A stretch of DNA of 64,000 bases, taken from contig NC_134031.1 in assembly GCF_964204645.1 (NCBI RefSeq), positions 10,416,001-10,480,000 on the forward strand, given 5' to 3'. The notes beneath the pieces were generated by a model that worked only from the letters and a program-made list of their open reading frames with translations, was not told the origin of the DNA and made no database searches. This DNA comes from Tubulanus polymorphus (taxonomy: Eukaryota; Animalia; Nemertea). The translations under genes were made by a program, and so were the position numbers. Below, in pieces: positions 43,501-53,368 of the stretch; the stretch's first letter is position 1; each line of letters starts with the position of its first letter.

Positions 43501-45618
43501 CCTTATTGCCCAGAACATTTAACTGTAGATGATAGTTATTTAAGTGAATACCAGAAGAAAATAAAACCGAAAGATCATGTTTTTACAGAAAAATTAATAC
43601 TTACTCAAAATAATAAATACAATTATATTGTTCATTATAGAATGTTAAAATTTTATCTAAAACAAGGAATGAAATTAAAGAAAGTACATAGATATATTGA
43701 ATTTAATCAATCAAAGTGGTTAGAAAAATATATAGATTTCAATACTCAACAGAGAACCATATCAAAAACAGATTTTGAAAAAGATTTCTTCAAATTAATG
43801 AACAATAGTTTTTATGGTAAAACATGTGAAAATATTAGAAATAGAAATGATATTGAATTAGTAAATAATTCTGAACGATTGAGACACCTACAATCAAGTC
43901 CTAGACATTTAGGAAATAAAAGATTTGAAGATTATTTAACAGCAGTAAAATTAAAAAGAACGTCAATGAAATTTAATAAACCCATTTTCATTGGTTCAAC
44001 AGTTTTAGAAATATCAAAATTATTAATGTATGATTTTTATTACAATGTATTACAACCATTGTTTGGGGAAAAACATATAGAAATTCTATACTTCGATTCT
44101 GTAACAGCTGACACCCCAATATTATTAAAATACAATAACCAAATATTAATTAGAAGAATTTCAGAAATAATTCCTAATCAAAATAAATCTTATATTTCAT
44201 ATGGTGAAAAAGAACTAATACAAATAAATGGTTTAATAGATGTTTGGACAAGAAATGGATGGAAAAAATTAAAGAATATTATTAGACATAAAACAAATAA
44301 GAAAATCTATAGAGTTAGAACTAAATTAGGATTTGTAGATGTTACTGAAGACCACAGTTTAATTAAACGAAATGGTGATGAAATAAAACCAACTGATATA
44401 AAAATTGGAGATGAATTATTACATAAAAGATTTTTCCCAAGAATGAATCATATGTCATTTGATGAAATAATTGATAATATTTATAATATAGAACCCGAAA
44501 CATTGGAAGAAAAAGAATATTTTATCAAAGGATTTTTCATGGGTGATGGTTCAGCAGGTGTGTATAATTATATTTGGGGTAATAAATATTGTTGGTATTT
44601 ATGCAATCAAGACTTAAAATTATTAGAAAGAATTAAGAAATTCTGTGAAGAAGTTTATTCACATAAAACATTTAGAATCATGGATGTTATGAAATCATCA
44701 GCAGTTTATAGAATACTTGTAAATAATCCTAAAGATTTTGCTATAGAATATAATGATGAATTCTATATTCATGCAATAGTGAAAAGTAATACTTCAACTA
44801 AAGAAAAAATAGTACCAGATTATATATTAAATTCAGAATATAATCTTAGAAAATGGTTCTTCATTGGGTTCTACGCAGCTGATGGTACTAAAAAATTTAC
44901 AAAGGATAAAACGATAACCTTTGCACAGAAAGGAAAATGTGCAATAAGTGGGTTAAATGTGTTATGCAGTTCATTAGGCTTCAATATGAATATTGGATTG
45001 ATTAAATCTAAACCAAATTGCTTTAATTTAAGGCATGTAGAAAAAGATTTAACTGAAGAAGTTAAAGATTTATTTGAAATATATAACCCAACTGATTATG
45101 TTTATGATTTATCAACAGATGATGGAACATTCAATTCTGGGTTCCCATTAATCCAAAAAAATACGGATGCGTACATACTAAAAATCAAGACAAATGACAT
45201 AACAAAAGACTTAAAAACATTAAAACATCATTTTGATTTTAGCAATTATCCTAAAGATCATGAACTATTTAGCAATGATAATAAAAAGATTCCTGGTAAA
45301 TTTAAAGATGAATTAGGAGGTGATGAAATGATTGAATTTGATGGGATAAGAAGTAAAATGTATAGTTACAGAACAAAAGATCATGAAGCTAAAAAGTTAA
45401 AAGGAATAACAAAACATGTGGTTGATAAACATATAGAATTTCAAGATTATATAAAGTGTTTATATAAATCAATTGTAATGAAACACAAGATGAATTGTTT
45501 AAGATCAGAAAATCATGAGATGTACATTAATGAAGTTGAAAAAACTAGTTTAAATCCATTTGATGATAAAAGGCATATTTCAGATGATGGTATAAAAACA
45601 TTACCTTATGGCCATTAA
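40549..45618 (+). CDS. polB: Protein-primed family B DNA polymerase, intein-containing, with one in-frame TAA at 41743-41745
   Basis: ExoI IYGDFES, ExoII FHNLSGYD, ExoIII YLKSDV, motif A YIDANNLYGWAM, motif B KLMNNSFYGK, motif C YFD|TDA; ORFs 40549 and 41770 share a frame; N-terminal zinc finger and OTU-like KCFLWS...HY. Confidence 0.93.
42403..42504 (+). other. Endonuclease VII-like His-Me finger inserted in the pPolB exonuclease domain
   Basis: CCYC...VRDHDHLNSKYRGAAHEDCN. Confidence 0.7.
44098..45162 (+). mobile_element. Intein (355 aa) with LAGLIDADG homing endonuclease
   Basis: Block A SVTADTPI, block B VTEDHSL, block C FIKGFFMGDGS, block E FFIGFYAADGT, block F YVYDL, terminal KN with +1 Thr. 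Confidence 0.95.
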
Positions 45619-45881
45619 AACATAAAATCAATATCATCATACTCGAAATCACTATTGGCTTCTTCATTTTCATTTAATTGTTCAGGTTCTTCTTCCATTA
45701 CATTTTTCTCATTTAAATAAAGTTCTATCTTGTTCCACATTTCATCTCGCTCTCTTTGTTTCTTTTTGTTTGTTAATTCATCAAATGGAATTATAATATC
45801 TAGGTTTAAATAATTTACAATCTTATTTAAAAAGAATTCATAATTTATTGAATCTGTTATTCTATTTTCCAAATGATACAT
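45615..45881 (-). CDS. Small hypothetical protein with acidic tail
   Basis: 88-aa ORF packed between neighbouring genes. Confidence 0.55.
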   Translation of the reverse strand: MYHLENRITDSINYEFFLNKIVNYLNLDIIIPFDELTNKKKQRERDEMWNKIELYLNEKNVMEEEPEQLNENEEANSDFEYDDIDFMF

Positions 45882-45891
45882 TAATATTTGT

Positions 45892-46917
45892 TTAAATATT
45901 TTTTTTTATATTTTCCATATCTTCTTCTGTTAATTTAGGTTTTTCATAATAATCGTTAAATAATAAATATAAATACATTTTCTTTTGTTTTGTGTTAAAT
46001 GTTGGTGGAATAATTGTTTTTATAATATCTTTTTTAGTTATTTCACCATTTTTATTTTCTATTATTTTCATTTTTTCAAGCCATTGCATATATTCTGGTG
46101 TATTATCTTCTATAGAAAATATTTTAAAAATTTCATCTAGATAATTAAATTTTGGTTCTATGAGAAAATCTCTAGTTTTTTCTTCACCCCATAAATTCTT
46201 TTGCCATCCACATTCAACACAAAATAACACAGTACCTTCTTGCCTTAAGGTCGCATAACTACATTGTGGGCATTTTTGTTTATAATTTCTTGGTAATAGA
46301 TCTTCATTAAGCTCTTGGTATTTTCTTACGTTTTCTTTATGTTTTATTGTTCTATTATGTAGATTTGAATTACTTGTTGTAATAATCAATTTACAATATT
46401 TACAATAATATGTTTTTCTTGTTAATTCATTATATTGTTTTTCTAACTTTTCAACTGTTTCTTCATTATCTGGTAACGTTTTCTCATATTTTATTTTTTC
46501 TAATAAATTATTTTTTCTTGCATTGAATTCAGTTTCAAATTTATTAGAAATTTTATCTATATGTGCTTTACGAAATTGATGATTCTCCCAATCTTCTATA
46601 TTTTCAAGGCTATATTTTATTCGACAAGGCTCACAGAAATGATCTTTTATATTATCCTTATCATAGTATAAGAAAGGTCTTTTCCAAATAACTTCAGGTT
46701 CAACTTCAGCAGAATTACTATCAACATTAGCCGTTGCGCCATTAATTCTACACTTCTCTGAATGTTTTTTAACATAATTTCTTGAGAATAATTTATTACA
46801 TTTTGGACAGTTTATTTTAGGGGGTTTATAATTTTCATTATGTTTTTTCATATGTCGAGCCATATTACTTTTTCTTAGAAGTTCACCACAAATTTCGCAT
46901 GCTATCTTCTCATCCAT
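45892..46917 (-). CDS. Multi-zinc-finger protein
   Basis: CEICG..MARHMKKH, CPKC, CEPC..H..H, CKYC..H..H, CPQC..CVEC; TAAATG start. Confidence 0.8.
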   Translation of the reverse strand: MDEKIACEICGELLRKSNMARHMKKHNENYKPPKINCPKCNKLFSRNYVKKHSEKCRINGATANVDSNSAEVEPEVIWKRPFLYYDKDNIKDHFCEPCRIKYSLENIEDWENHQFRKAHIDKISNKFETEFNARKNNLLEKIKYEKTLPDNEETVEKLEKQYNELTRKTYYCKYCKLIITTSNSNLHNRTIKHKENVRKYQELNEDLLPRNYKQKCPQCSYATLRQEGTVLFCVECGWQKNLWGEEKTRDFLIEPKFNYLDEIFKIFSIEDNTPEYMQWLEKMKIIENKNGEITKKDIIKTIIPPTFNTKQKKMYLYLLFNDYYEKPKLTEEDMENIKKNI

Positions 46918-46985
46918 TTATTAAGGAAAAATTTTATTAAAATTAATTTTTAGCGATGAGTGGTAATTTTTTTATGTTATAAATA

Positions 46986-47743
46986 ATGGTAGAATTAAAA
47001 GAATACAGAATATTTGTTGATTCTAGAAAACTTCAAATTATAAATCTCATAATTTACTAGTACAATTAGATAGAGAATTTAAGAATTGTGTAGATTTAAA
47101 ATTAGTTAATATAAGTTTATGTAATTCTTTTTATAATATATCGGATAAAAGTCTAGAACATTTAATTTTTTCAATCTTTTACAAAAAAAGGAATAAATGG
47201 TTTTTTATATATTTAAAACCAGGATTATATAATTTAGATACATTAACACAAGAAATTAATAGAAAAGCTCGAGCTAAATTAGGAAGTGATTCCGGATTTA
47301 GTATTAGAATTTTAAAAAGTGCTAGTTCTAATAAAATAAAGATTAGGTTAGCTAATGACGAACAATTTAAATTTACAATAAGAAAACCTTTAGCTAAACT
47401 GTTAGGAATTGCACCAGATACCGTTACAGCATACGCAGAAGGTAACTCAAATATAATACCTTTTACACACTTTTATATTTATTGCAATTTAATCGATCCT
47501 ACAAAAACATTTGAAGCAACTAAAGATACAATTTGTAATTCTGGTTTATTAAATATTTTACCATTAAAAAATGTCAAACAATTCGGAACTCAAATAAATT
47601 ATAATTTAACTGAATGTGATTTCAAACCTTGTATTCCACATTTCAATAATTTTAAATTAGAAATAAGAAATCATAATGGTTATTTAATTGATTTGAATAA
47701 CTTTCCTGTAATTTATGAATTAGTTATAAGATGTAAAGAGTAA
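46986..47743 (+). pseudogene. Minor capsid protein (penton), 1-nt frameshift; absent from the ORF track
   Basis: MVELKEYRIFVDSRK, then another frame: LCNSFYNI..LKPGLYN..LAKLLGI..FYIYCNLI..LLNILP..LEIRNHNGYLIDLNNFPVIYELVI*. Confidence 0.75.
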
Positions 47744-47759
47744 TTTTTCACCTTTATAA

Positions 47760-48113
47760 ATGAATATAACTGTTGGACCGAGTATATGTTTTGGGTTTGA
47801 TTTTAAACGTGAGAAAGAAATGAAATTTAACATTAATGATGTAATAACACATATCAAAAATATTGCATTTTCTAATGAAACAACATTTGAGTATGAAACA
47901 ACAATAGATAAAGAAACTTTAAATGTAGAAAAGATTACTAATTTAATTAGAGAATCTTTAAGATTTTATGAATTAGATGAAGATTTTATAATCGATGATA
48001 TTAAAAAAATAATAATTGAAATATATACAAATGAAACTAGTAATAAAATAAATGTTGAATTAATCATAAATAAGTTAACTAAATATTTTGATGATAGTAA
48101 TTTTTTTGATTAA
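47760..48113 (+). CDS. Hypothetical Polinton protein
   Basis: 117-aa ORF, TAAATG start. Confidence 0.65.
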   Translation: MNITVGPSICFGFDFKREKEMKFNINDVITHIKNIAFSNETTFEYETTIDKETLNVEKITNLIRESLRFYELDEDFIIDDIKKIIIEIYTNETSNKINVELIINKLTKYFDDSNFFD

Positions 48114-48116
48114 TAA

Positions 48117-48338
48117 ATGAGTGATAATAAGTGGATAATAACTGGATTATATAATGGCGCATTACTATCAGTTGGAACTGTTGGTTATTCAATGGTATTA
48201 AAAAAAGTATTCAAAATGGGAAGTGTTAATGTTGATAGATTTGATATCAATGATATTTTAAAGTTAACATTAGCAGTTACTTTATCTAATTTAACAATTG
48301 ATTATTTGGAAAAACAAAAATATATTCCTCCCAGATAA
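48117..48338 (+). CDS. Small hydrophobic Polinton protein
   Basis: 73 aa, two hydrophobic stretches, TAAATG start. Confidence 0.7.
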   Translation: MSDNKWIITGLYNGALLSVGTVGYSMVLKKVFKMGSVNVDRFDINDILKLTLAVTLSNLTIDYLEKQKYIPPR

Positions 48339-48362
48339 ATACATAATTTTTTTGTTAAATAA

Positions 48363-48785
48363 ATGGCTTCTGCAATTATAACTATTATAGGATCGGCAAT
48401 TGTTAACGCTTTAGCATTTACTGGTGGTGGTTATTTATTTAAACATATTGATAAAAATAGTTCATTAGGAGAACAAAGAAGACATAACTTAGCGTTAGAG
48501 AAATACAATAAAGCTGCAGAAGAATATAGAGAAAAGAGGCAAAACTATATGGATTATATTAACAAGGAATTATATGATCAGAAGATTCCACATAGAGATT
48601 TTCAATCAGTTGATGATGCAATGAGTTTATATAACGCGGTAACCAATAAAGAAAAATTACATCTATACAAACCTAAATTATCAGATTATTATACCCCAAG
48701 TAAAGAACAACAAAAATATGAAATAATATGGATTTTAGGTGGAACTGTTATTGTTATATTTGTTGCTTATAAGTTTACTTATTAG
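48363..48785 (+). CDS. Putative membrane protein (hydrophobic termini, central coiled coil)
   Basis: MASAIITIIGSAIVNALAFTGG...EQRRHNLALE...WILGGTVIVIFVAY; TAAATG start. Confidence 0.75.
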   Translation: MASAIITIIGSAIVNALAFTGGGYLFKHIDKNSSLGEQRRHNLALEKYNKAAEEYREKRQNYMDYINKELYDQKIPHRDFQSVDDAMSLYNAVTNKEKLHLYKPKLSDYYTPSKEQQKYEIIWILGGTVIVIFVAYKFTY

Positions 48786-48804
48786 TAATTTTTATTCTAA
48801 ATAA

Positions 48805-49239
48805 ATGGAAGATAAAGTTGATAGTATTGATATTATTCCTCATGATATAAATAAAACTAAATTAAAAACATATTTAGAAAAACAAATATTAGAATTTGAA
48901 AGTGACTTAAAGATAAAAAAGAAAAAATATTTAAAAAGTAAAATTATATATTATTTGATTATAAGTGGTTCGGTTACAATTAGTTCTGTAATAACATTTC
49001 TAGCAATATTCAGCCCATTAACACCTTTAGCTATATCAATTGGTGTGTTAGGATTAAGTTCAAGTGTTTTAACTGGTATAAGTTCAAAATTAAATATAAA
49101 AAGTAATAAAGAAAAAATAAAATCTAATATAAAAGAAATTAATAAATTAAAGAACACACTAGATTATATAATAAGTTTAAATGGTCATATAACAGTTGAA
49201 GAACAAGATAAATTATTAAAAGAATTAATAAATTATTAA
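48805..49239 (+). CDS. Two-transmembrane coiled-coil protein
   Basis: Central hydrophobic hairpin; TAAATG start. Confidence 0.7.
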   Translation: MEDKVDSIDIIPHDINKTKLKTYLEKQILEFESDLKIKKKKYLKSKIIYYLIISGSVTISSVITFLAIFSPLTPLAISIGVLGLSSSVLTGISSKLNIKSNKEKIKSNIKEINKLKNTLDYIISLNGHITVEEQDKLLKELINY

Positions 49240-49255
49240 TTTTTTAATTATATAA

Positions 49256-50644
49256 ATGGTAGATAGTTTTCCAAAAGCTTTCCGATATAATAAATCAATT
49301 AAATATAATATTCCAGCAATAGATTTTAATAAAGATATTACATATAGAAATGAAGTTTTAGATTCATTAACTAATTTAGAAATTTATGTTACTGAAACTA
49401 ATAATTTTAATGCAAAGATGGAAAATATATTTCATGTATATTTAATTAATTTTAAAAAATTGAAAGATGAAAAACAATGGTTATTAAAATCTAATATGAA
49501 GTATTGGCAGAACCAATTAAATTTTGCTGTTTATTGTGCAACAACAGGATGTGGAATAAGTTGGAATGATCATTTGAATAATTCTAAATATAAATTAATT
49601 CAAAGTTTATTTAGATTTCATACATACTTTCAAATCAGAATAATATTAAATGAATTAGAGTGCGCTTTACCAGGATCTAGGTATTTCAAAGAATTAGATA
49701 ATAATATTAATTTATCAAAGTTTTATAAAATTTGCAATGAATTTAATATAGATATAAATAATTCTGATTTTAGAATAAAAATTGGAACAATAAGATCACT
49801 TCCATGCCCTAGAAAGATTGCAGAATATTGTGCACTTCCCATACCATCTAATAGCTTTTATAATATCTATAATAAAAAATTAGGTTATGGTAAAATAGAA
49901 ACAAAGGATTTAGAAACATTAAATTTCAATAAATTACCGAAATTTTATGATAATTTAAAACAAGAAAACAATAATGGTTGGGTTTATTTTATTTTAGAAA
50001 ATAGTGAAGGTTTTACTAAATCAGGTATAGAAAGAATAAATCAATCTATTAGAACTTATTTGATTTGTATTTTAGGTGCGCAAGTTGAAACAAGATCACC
50101 GATAATTGGAAATTTGAATACATCATTCGATACACAAAAACAATTTAAAGTTTTATTTGAAGATTCCATACATGATGATAAAAATAGATCGATTCCAGAA
50201 AACATTATAAGATATCAAAATTATTTAGATAAATCTCATGTAAGACTTAATTATTGTATAGGCCCTAATCTATTAATTATTTCTAATGATTTAGTATTGA
50301 AGATGGGAAATATAATTGGTTATAATAATCTAATTAAAACTGCAACAATAAATAATTCATTTGGATTAAATGATATAAATAAAAAGATTATTACTGCTCC
50401 AAAATTAATGGAAGGTGAAAAAAATAAAAAACATATTCAATCAACTGAAACTAAAACTAAGAATATTAAATTGGTTAATGATTCTAAAATAAAAGATTAC
50501 AATACATCAGAAAATAATAGAACTGATAAAATTCAACATGATATAATTAAACTAAATAATGATAATAAATCCCATGAAAATACTAAATTAGCTATAACTT
50601 GTATAGGAATTGTAATCGGAGGAATATTATATTTTAAATTTTAA
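49256..50644 (+). CDS. Uncharacterised Polinton protein with C-terminal TM anchor
   Basis: 462 aa, WQNQLNFAVYCATTGCGIS, C-terminal LAITCIGIVIGGILYF. Confidence 0.8.
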   Translation: MVDSFPKAFRYNKSIKYNIPAIDFNKDITYRNEVLDSLTNLEIYVTETNNFNAKMENIFHVYLINFKKLKDEKQWLLKSNMKYWQNQLNFAVYCATTGCGISWNDHLNNSKYKLIQSLFRFHTYFQIRIILNELECALPGSRYFKELDNNINLSKFYKICNEFNIDINNSDFRIKIGTIRSLPCPRKIAEYCALPIPSNSFYNIYNKKLGYGKIETKDLETLNFNKLPKFYDNLKQENNNGWVYFILENSEGFTKSGIERINQSIRTYLICILGAQVETRSPIIGNLNTSFDTQKQFKVLFEDSIHDDKNRSIPENIIRYQNYLDKSHVRLNYCIGPNLLIISNDLVLKMGNIIGYNNLIKTATINNSFGLNDINKKIITAPKLMEGEKNKKHIQSTETKTKNIKLVNDSKIKDYNTSENNRTDKIQHDIIKLNNDNKSHENTKLAITCIGIVIGGILYFKF

Positions 50645-50660
50645 TTTTTTTATTATATAA

Positions 50661-52049
50661 ATGGAAGTAGAAGGTGGAGAAGATATTGGAATGGATCCTT
50701 TTGATGAACCTGGTATAACTGATGAACAACCACCTGATTTTGATGAAACAAGTTTCAGTAACGAAAATGAAACAGCATATAATTCTAATTTAGCAAGACC
50801 TGATACCAATGAATATGTTAATAAAGCACGTTCAAGATTGGATATTGAAAATGAAAATCCAGATTTAATGAAAAAAGAACTAGAATATGACGAATTAACA
50901 GATAAATTCAAACCAATATTAGAAAAATCTGGATTCAATATAACAAATAAAAATGAATTATTTAGTAAAAGATTTGAAATATTTAAATGGTGATTATTAT
51001 TGGCATTTGAAAGATGACTATTATTTTAAGATTTCTTCTAATAAAAGTCTTGATAAAATAATAACAAAATCAACTTTTATTAAATTAGAACAATCTAGAA
51101 TTAAAAAAATCAATAATGATGTTATAACTGATGTTACAGAAGAAGAGATAAATCAAAATAGAAGAGAATTTAATCGAAGAAATAATGATTTTTTGAAGAT
51201 AATTAATGAAAATTTAGAACCAGAAACAATTCCTAAAGAAGATAAAACTTCCAAAACTAGTAGACCTAATTCAAGAGAAGTTCAAACTGAAAAACTTTTA
51301 CCGAAGGGATTACTTGATGCAACAGATCAAGAATTAGAAGATTTAGATATATTTTCTGATAAAGCAATTAGAGAAATTATTAGTATAAGACTTGCATCTG
51401 ATAAAATTGCACATAATAAAAGTATAAGAGATTTTAAAATTAGAACTTTAGAAAAAGAATTAACTGATAAAAATAAAGAAATAGAACAATTAAAGTCTGA
51501 TTTAGATCATCAAGTAATTGATGAAATAGAATATAGGCAAAAAGAATTACGTTTAGAAAAAGAAAAAGATGATTTAGAATATAACATAATATTAATAGAT
51601 TAAAAGTTATTTTTAAAGATTTGTTGATTAAACCAAATTCTGAAATATCACTAAAAGACAGAATAAGATTATTATTTAAATTAGAAGGAATAACAATTCT
51701 TTCAATTCTAACAGCTGTAACTATGTTATTTACAACAATTGGTTTAGCAATATCAAATGCTTTGAAATCTACTCCTACTCCAAATAAACCAGATAAACCT
51801 CCAGGTAATAATTCTATACAAGATAAAGTTAAGGATGGTTTAAAGAAATTAGCAAAATATTTATGGGAACTATCTAAAAAATCTGCTGCAGCATTGCCAG
51901 GAATTATTGCATCAATTGTTGGTTTTATATTGAAATCTGCTGGGAATATTCTTAACTTTGCTGCTGAACATATTATTTTATTTTTAATTACAGTTGTAAG
52001 TGCTATTATTTTTGGTTTAGTAAATATGATATCAAAAAATATCAAGTAA
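50661..52049 (+). pseudogene. Coiled-coil membrane protein broken by two frameshifts
   Basis: ORFs 50661-50993, 50953-51603 and 51621-52049 overlap or abut in different frames; only the first has the TAAATG start motif. Confidence 0.7.
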
Positions 52050-52090
52050 ACCATGATAAAAAATAAATAATTAATTTTTTTGTTAAATAA

Positions 52091-53338
52091 ATGAGTGGGA
52101 GTTATATAAGTCCTTCAAAGATTTCTAGAATATCTAATGCTATTAAAGCAGAAAGATCACATCATATAATTACTCATAACCCTTCAAATATTAATCCCGA
52201 TGAAACTTTATACGTTAGAATCCCTCGATTAACACAAAATACTTTTTATGTTCCAAATAGTATTTATTTATCAGCCGATATAAAAGTAACTGGCCATGAT
52301 AACAATTATGTTGTTGATAATGTTGGAAGATATTTGATTAAAAAATTAACTATAAAGATTGGTCCGGAAACAGTTTTCTCATTAGATGATTATAATTTAT
52401 TTATGCATTATAAAGATTTATGGTTAACTAAAGAAAATAGAAATAATATGATATTTCAAGGCATCCAATCGGAAAACCATAATAAATTAAGATCTGAAGC
52501 CAATAATGCAGTAGTAACTCGTGCCACAGATAATTTGATTAAAAAGATTTATGGAAGCAAATATAAAATTCCATTAGACTTTGAATTGATAAATAATAAT
52601 GCACCTTTATATAAATACGCAATTCAAGAAGATATTATATTTGAGATAACATTTGCTCCTGTAAATGAAATTGTATTATCTAGCGTTGTTAAAGATATGG
52701 GTTATAAATTATCGAATATATGTTTAGAATATAACACAGTAACTAATGAAAATATTGCTAGCACAATTCAAACTCAATACAATCAAGGATTTTCATTATT
52801 ATATGATTATATTGATAAATTTAAAACTGTAACTATTAATGCAAATGATGAAATAATTAATGAGAATATTAACTTTCCTAGAAGATCTATTAAAGGTATA
52901 TTAATACTTTTTACTATTGCAACATATTCTAATGGTGCAATAAATGTTGATAATTATTATAATCCTGAAATAACAAAAGTAGAAATAACTATTGAAGGTA
53001 TAGCGAATAAAATATTTTGTCAAGGAATGAGAATGATTGATCAATGGTCAGAAATTAAAAAACATTTTATGAATGAAAAAGTAAAATCATTTGAAAATTG
53101 TAATATTAATCAAATTGATTATTATACCGGTAATAAATATGCATTATGGTTAGATTTTAGAACAACTGAAGATAATTCATTACATGGTTCTGGAAAAAAA
53201 CTACAGAACACTAAAGATGGAATACAATTATTCATGAAAAAGAATAAAGGAATCAAAAATTTTAAAATGCACATTTATATTATATCTGACGCACAATTAA
53301 ATATTGTAAATTCACAATTAGATAGTATTCAATATTAG
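52091..53338 (+). CDS. Major capsid protein (double jelly-roll)
   Basis: 415 aa, beta-strand-rich pattern (TLYVRIP, LSADIKV, LIKKLTIKIG, IIFEITFAP, LSNICLEY, ITKVEITIEG, ALWLDFR); size and context fit. Confidence 0.8.
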   Translation: MSGSYISPSKISRISNAIKAERSHHIITHNPSNINPDETLYVRIPRLTQNTFYVPNSIYLSADIKVTGHDNNYVVDNVGRYLIKKLTIKIGPETVFSLDDYNLFMHYKDLWLTKENRNNMIFQGIQSENHNKLRSEANNAVVTRATDNLIKKIYGSKYKIPLDFELINNNAPLYKYAIQEDIIFEITFAPVNEIVLSSVVKDMGYKLSNICLEYNTVTNENIASTIQTQYNQGFSLLYDYIDKFKTVTINANDEIINENINFPRRSIKGILILFTIATYSNGAINVDNYYNPEITKVEITIEGIANKIFCQGMRMIDQWSEIKKHFMNEKVKSFENCNINQIDYYTGNKYALWLDFRTTEDNSLHGSGKKLQNTKDGIQLFMKKNKGIKNFKMHIYIISDAQLNIVNSQLDSIQY

Positions 53339-53368
53339 AAATATAAAGTTAAAATTAAGGATATATAA

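Noticed and set aside
44098-45162. Group I or spliceosomal intron explanation for the polB insert
   Set aside because: In frame with both flanks, stop-free, has protein-splicing residues at both junctions and lacks GT-AG ends
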